Origin: the human T2T-CHM13v2.0 reference genome, Homo sapiens
DNA length: 64,000 nt
Reading direction: 5' to 3' (one strand)
Assembly: GCF_009914755.1 (NCBI RefSeq)
Contig: NC_060941.1
The notes under the pieces were generated by a model. That model saw only the letters and a list, made by a program, of their open reading frames with translations, searched no databases and was not told where the DNA came from. The number at the start of each line of letters is the position of its first letter. The first letter of the stretch is position 1. A program made the translations under genes and the position numbers. Below are positions 56,198 through 64,000 of the stretch, piece by piece.

Positions 56198-56681
56198 TAG
56201 TAGAGATGGGGTTTCACCGTGTTAGCCAGGATGGTCTCGATCTCCTGACCTTGTGATCTGCCTGCCTCGGCCTCTCAAAGTGCTGGGATTACAGGTGTGA
56301 GCCACTATGTCCGGCCACTAAAAGTTGTTAACGATGATGATATTACTTAGTATCATCAAAGTAACTCATATAACATGAAGGGACTTGCCAAATCAGATCG
56401 AATAGCGTGTTCTAACTCTTTTAATCCTTTTTACTACTTTTTCTTTAACAGTAACCAATTTTTTTTTTTCTTACAAAGAAGGTAAGGTGAAGGAATTCAG
56501 CATTAGGAGAAATAATTTATTCCAGGATTTAGATAACAAATTTAATATATCATGGAAGTTACAATATATCCCATTACTTCCTATTTTTTTCAAAAGTTAT
56601 TTCCTATTTCTCTCAAAATTATTTGTCTAAAATCTATGGAGAGAAACAGTTAATAATTTTTTAGTTGCTTGTTATACTTGC

Positions 56682-56756
56682 TTAGAAAAACCTGATTTAC
56701 AGTGCTTTTGTTTGCATACATAAAAGTTGTTAGCAGCCCAATTCCAAGAGAAATTC
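56682..56756 (-). pseudogene. RNFT1-like exon 3 (donor altered)
   Basis: ISLGIGLLTTFMYANKSTVNQVFL; the 3' boundary reads CTAA-gcaagt with no GT. Confidence 0.9.
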
Positions 56757-56962
56757 CTGTTAGAAAATAAGTTCCAGTTAATTGAAAGAAAAAAAAATCA
56801 AAGAGGATTATATAAGCTAACAATGACACAAATTAAAAGTAAACATATACAATAATAAAAGCTAACAAAAAATAAGTAACTGAATGCATTAAGTAGACTA
56901 CCAATAAAGAAAATTAACTGATTTTCAGAATGAAAACAAGTCAATGTTTTATTATGCCCTAC

Positions 56963-57398
56963 CTGTTATATGCTGCATAACAAGTTTGACACTCAGAATC
57001 AAAATATGTGGAAGACTTTTTTGCAACCACTTGAAGAGCTACTACCGTGATCTCCAGATTCTGCGGCAGTATCATCAGGCAGCCTTGCTTCACTGTGGGA
57101 GTGACCCTGTAAGTGACTGTGTACCCATCCATGGGCACAGCTATGGACATCTGACCTTATATTTCTGGAGCTTGTATTTTCCGCACATTCTTTAGATATG
57201 GCATTTATCTGGATATGAACATCTCCAGAATGAAGACAAGAACCTTCTTCTGTCAATCTTGTGTGGACACAGTGAGGGGCTGAGGCATCCTCACTGCTTT
57301 CAGTTCCTGGAGGACTGCGCAGTTGGCTACGATTGGCTTGCGTGGCCCTTAAATACTTTTTCTCTGACCCACATGTCTTTGCTTCAGGGCTCTGTCTC
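56963..57398 (-). pseudogene. RNFT1-like exon 2 (436 nt; frameshifting deletion)
   Basis: ttttag|GAGACAGAGCC...ATAACAG|gtagg; HSGDVHIQIN...DDTAAESGDHGSS joined out of frame to FKWLQKSLP. Confidence 0.92.
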
Positions 57399-57610
57399 CT
57401 AAAAAATCAAATAGCAGAAAATATTCTAAGTAAACAGGCAGTTAAATACCGGCAGGATATTCCTCCCTGAGTATCCTTTATTCACTAAAGGAGTAGCAAA
57501 TAATCACAGCAGATGAATTTTCAGGTTATTTATCACTGGACTCCTCCCTTCTCTCTTACTGCCAAAGCTCTGCTGCCCTACACAAATGATCTTTTAGGGA
57601 ACATCTGCTA

Positions 57611-59707
<2,097 letters not shown>

Positions 59708-60329
59708 TTAACTTTGTCAGGCAATAAATCTTGTATTAAATTTGTGATATTTAAGATGAAATCTTAATTTTTTTTTTTTTTTGAGATGGAGTTTTGCTCT
59801 GGTGCCCAGGCTGGAGTAGAGCGGCGCAATCTTGGCTCACTGCAACCTCTGCCTCCTGAGTTCAAGTGATTCTAGTGCCTCAGCATCCTGGATGAAATCT
59901 TAAGAATAAGTTGATATTTACCAGGGCACAAGCAGTAATAGGGCATTGCAGATAGAAACATTATATGGAAAATGGTGGTATTGAAATACCATGGTCATTT
60001 AAGGACTGTTTTTCATATTTGGAAGAGTAGGGTGCATAGAGTAGTAAGAGATAAGTCACATAAGTAGAAGCTAGAAAATGACTTTGTGGGCCTCACTTAG
60101 TAGTTTATTCTAAAGGGAAGCTACTGAGTTTTAAGCAACAGAATTGTGTGACTGGATTTCTTTTTTCAGAATTCATATGCTAATAGTAGCAGTGCAAGTT
60201 CCATTAGGAGACTATTATAAGTAGTTCAGGTACAAGATGAGGTCTTGAACTTGTCAGTGAAGTGGGATTCAAGAAGAAGGAGATTGGAGAGGTTATGAAA
60301 TAGAATCAATAGGGTTAAGTGTCCTAGAT

Positions 60330-61085
<756 letters not shown>

Positions 61086-61399
61086 CCTAACTGACCAAGT
61101 ATATAGGGCAGGTAAGAGGAATAGTCTAAGACAAATCTTCATTTTTTAGCATGGATAGATGGATACATCAATATTGGGAAGCTATATTAGAATAAGTAAA
61201 TTGGTGGCATTACCAGATGAATAGGGAATTTTTTTGAAAGACCAAGTTTGGAGAGATATCTGTAATTTTGGCTTGGAAATACTGAGTCTTAGGAGTTCCT
61301 GGGAAACATACAGGTGAAGATACCCAGTTGGCAATGTGATATAAGGATCTGGAGATGGAAAATTTGAAGTAAAAGCTGTGGCTGTGAAAACTTTGCCCA

Positions 61400-63935
<2,536 letters not shown>

Positions 63936-64000
63936 CCTGGCTGGGCGTAGTGGCTCATGCCTGTAACCCCAGCAATTTGGGAGGCCGAGGTGGGTGGATC

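Overview
Primate, almost certainly human, genomic DNA that is very Alu-dense. I found no intact protein-coding gene, and most ORFs in the track are Alu or microsatellite artefacts. The window is a mosaic of segmentally duplicated, intron-containing gene pieces. (1) A + strand unprocessed RPS6KB1 (p70 S6 kinase 1) pseudogene has exons 5-15 and the long 3' UTR (19306-~43440), lacks exons 1-4, and carries frameshifts, a dead splice acceptor and a lost stop codon. (2) Tail-to-tail with it is a - strand unprocessed RNFT1 pseudogene with exons 2-9 (46088-57398); it lacks exon 1 and carries nonsense codons, a 22-nt deletion and damaged splice sites. This reproduces the RPS6KB1/RNFT1 arrangement of the parental 17q23 locus without either promoter. 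From memory it resembles the 17p11.2 copy (LOC100287072/RNFT1P3), which I have not verified. (3) Upstream is a ~2.1 kb quasi-palindrome of two inverted ~800 bp copies of YWHAE (14-3-3 epsilon) intron 2-exon 3 around a 492 bp spacer. The most interesting observations are this YWHAE fold-back, an open exon5-6-6c reading frame mimicking the short S6K1 isoform upstream of all frameshifts, a 3' UTR retaining miRNA 8-mer sites, and an Alu insertion whose target-site duplication duplicates the RNFT1 last-exon splice acceptor. All comparisons to parental genes and repeat consensi are from recalled sequence, not from an alignment run.
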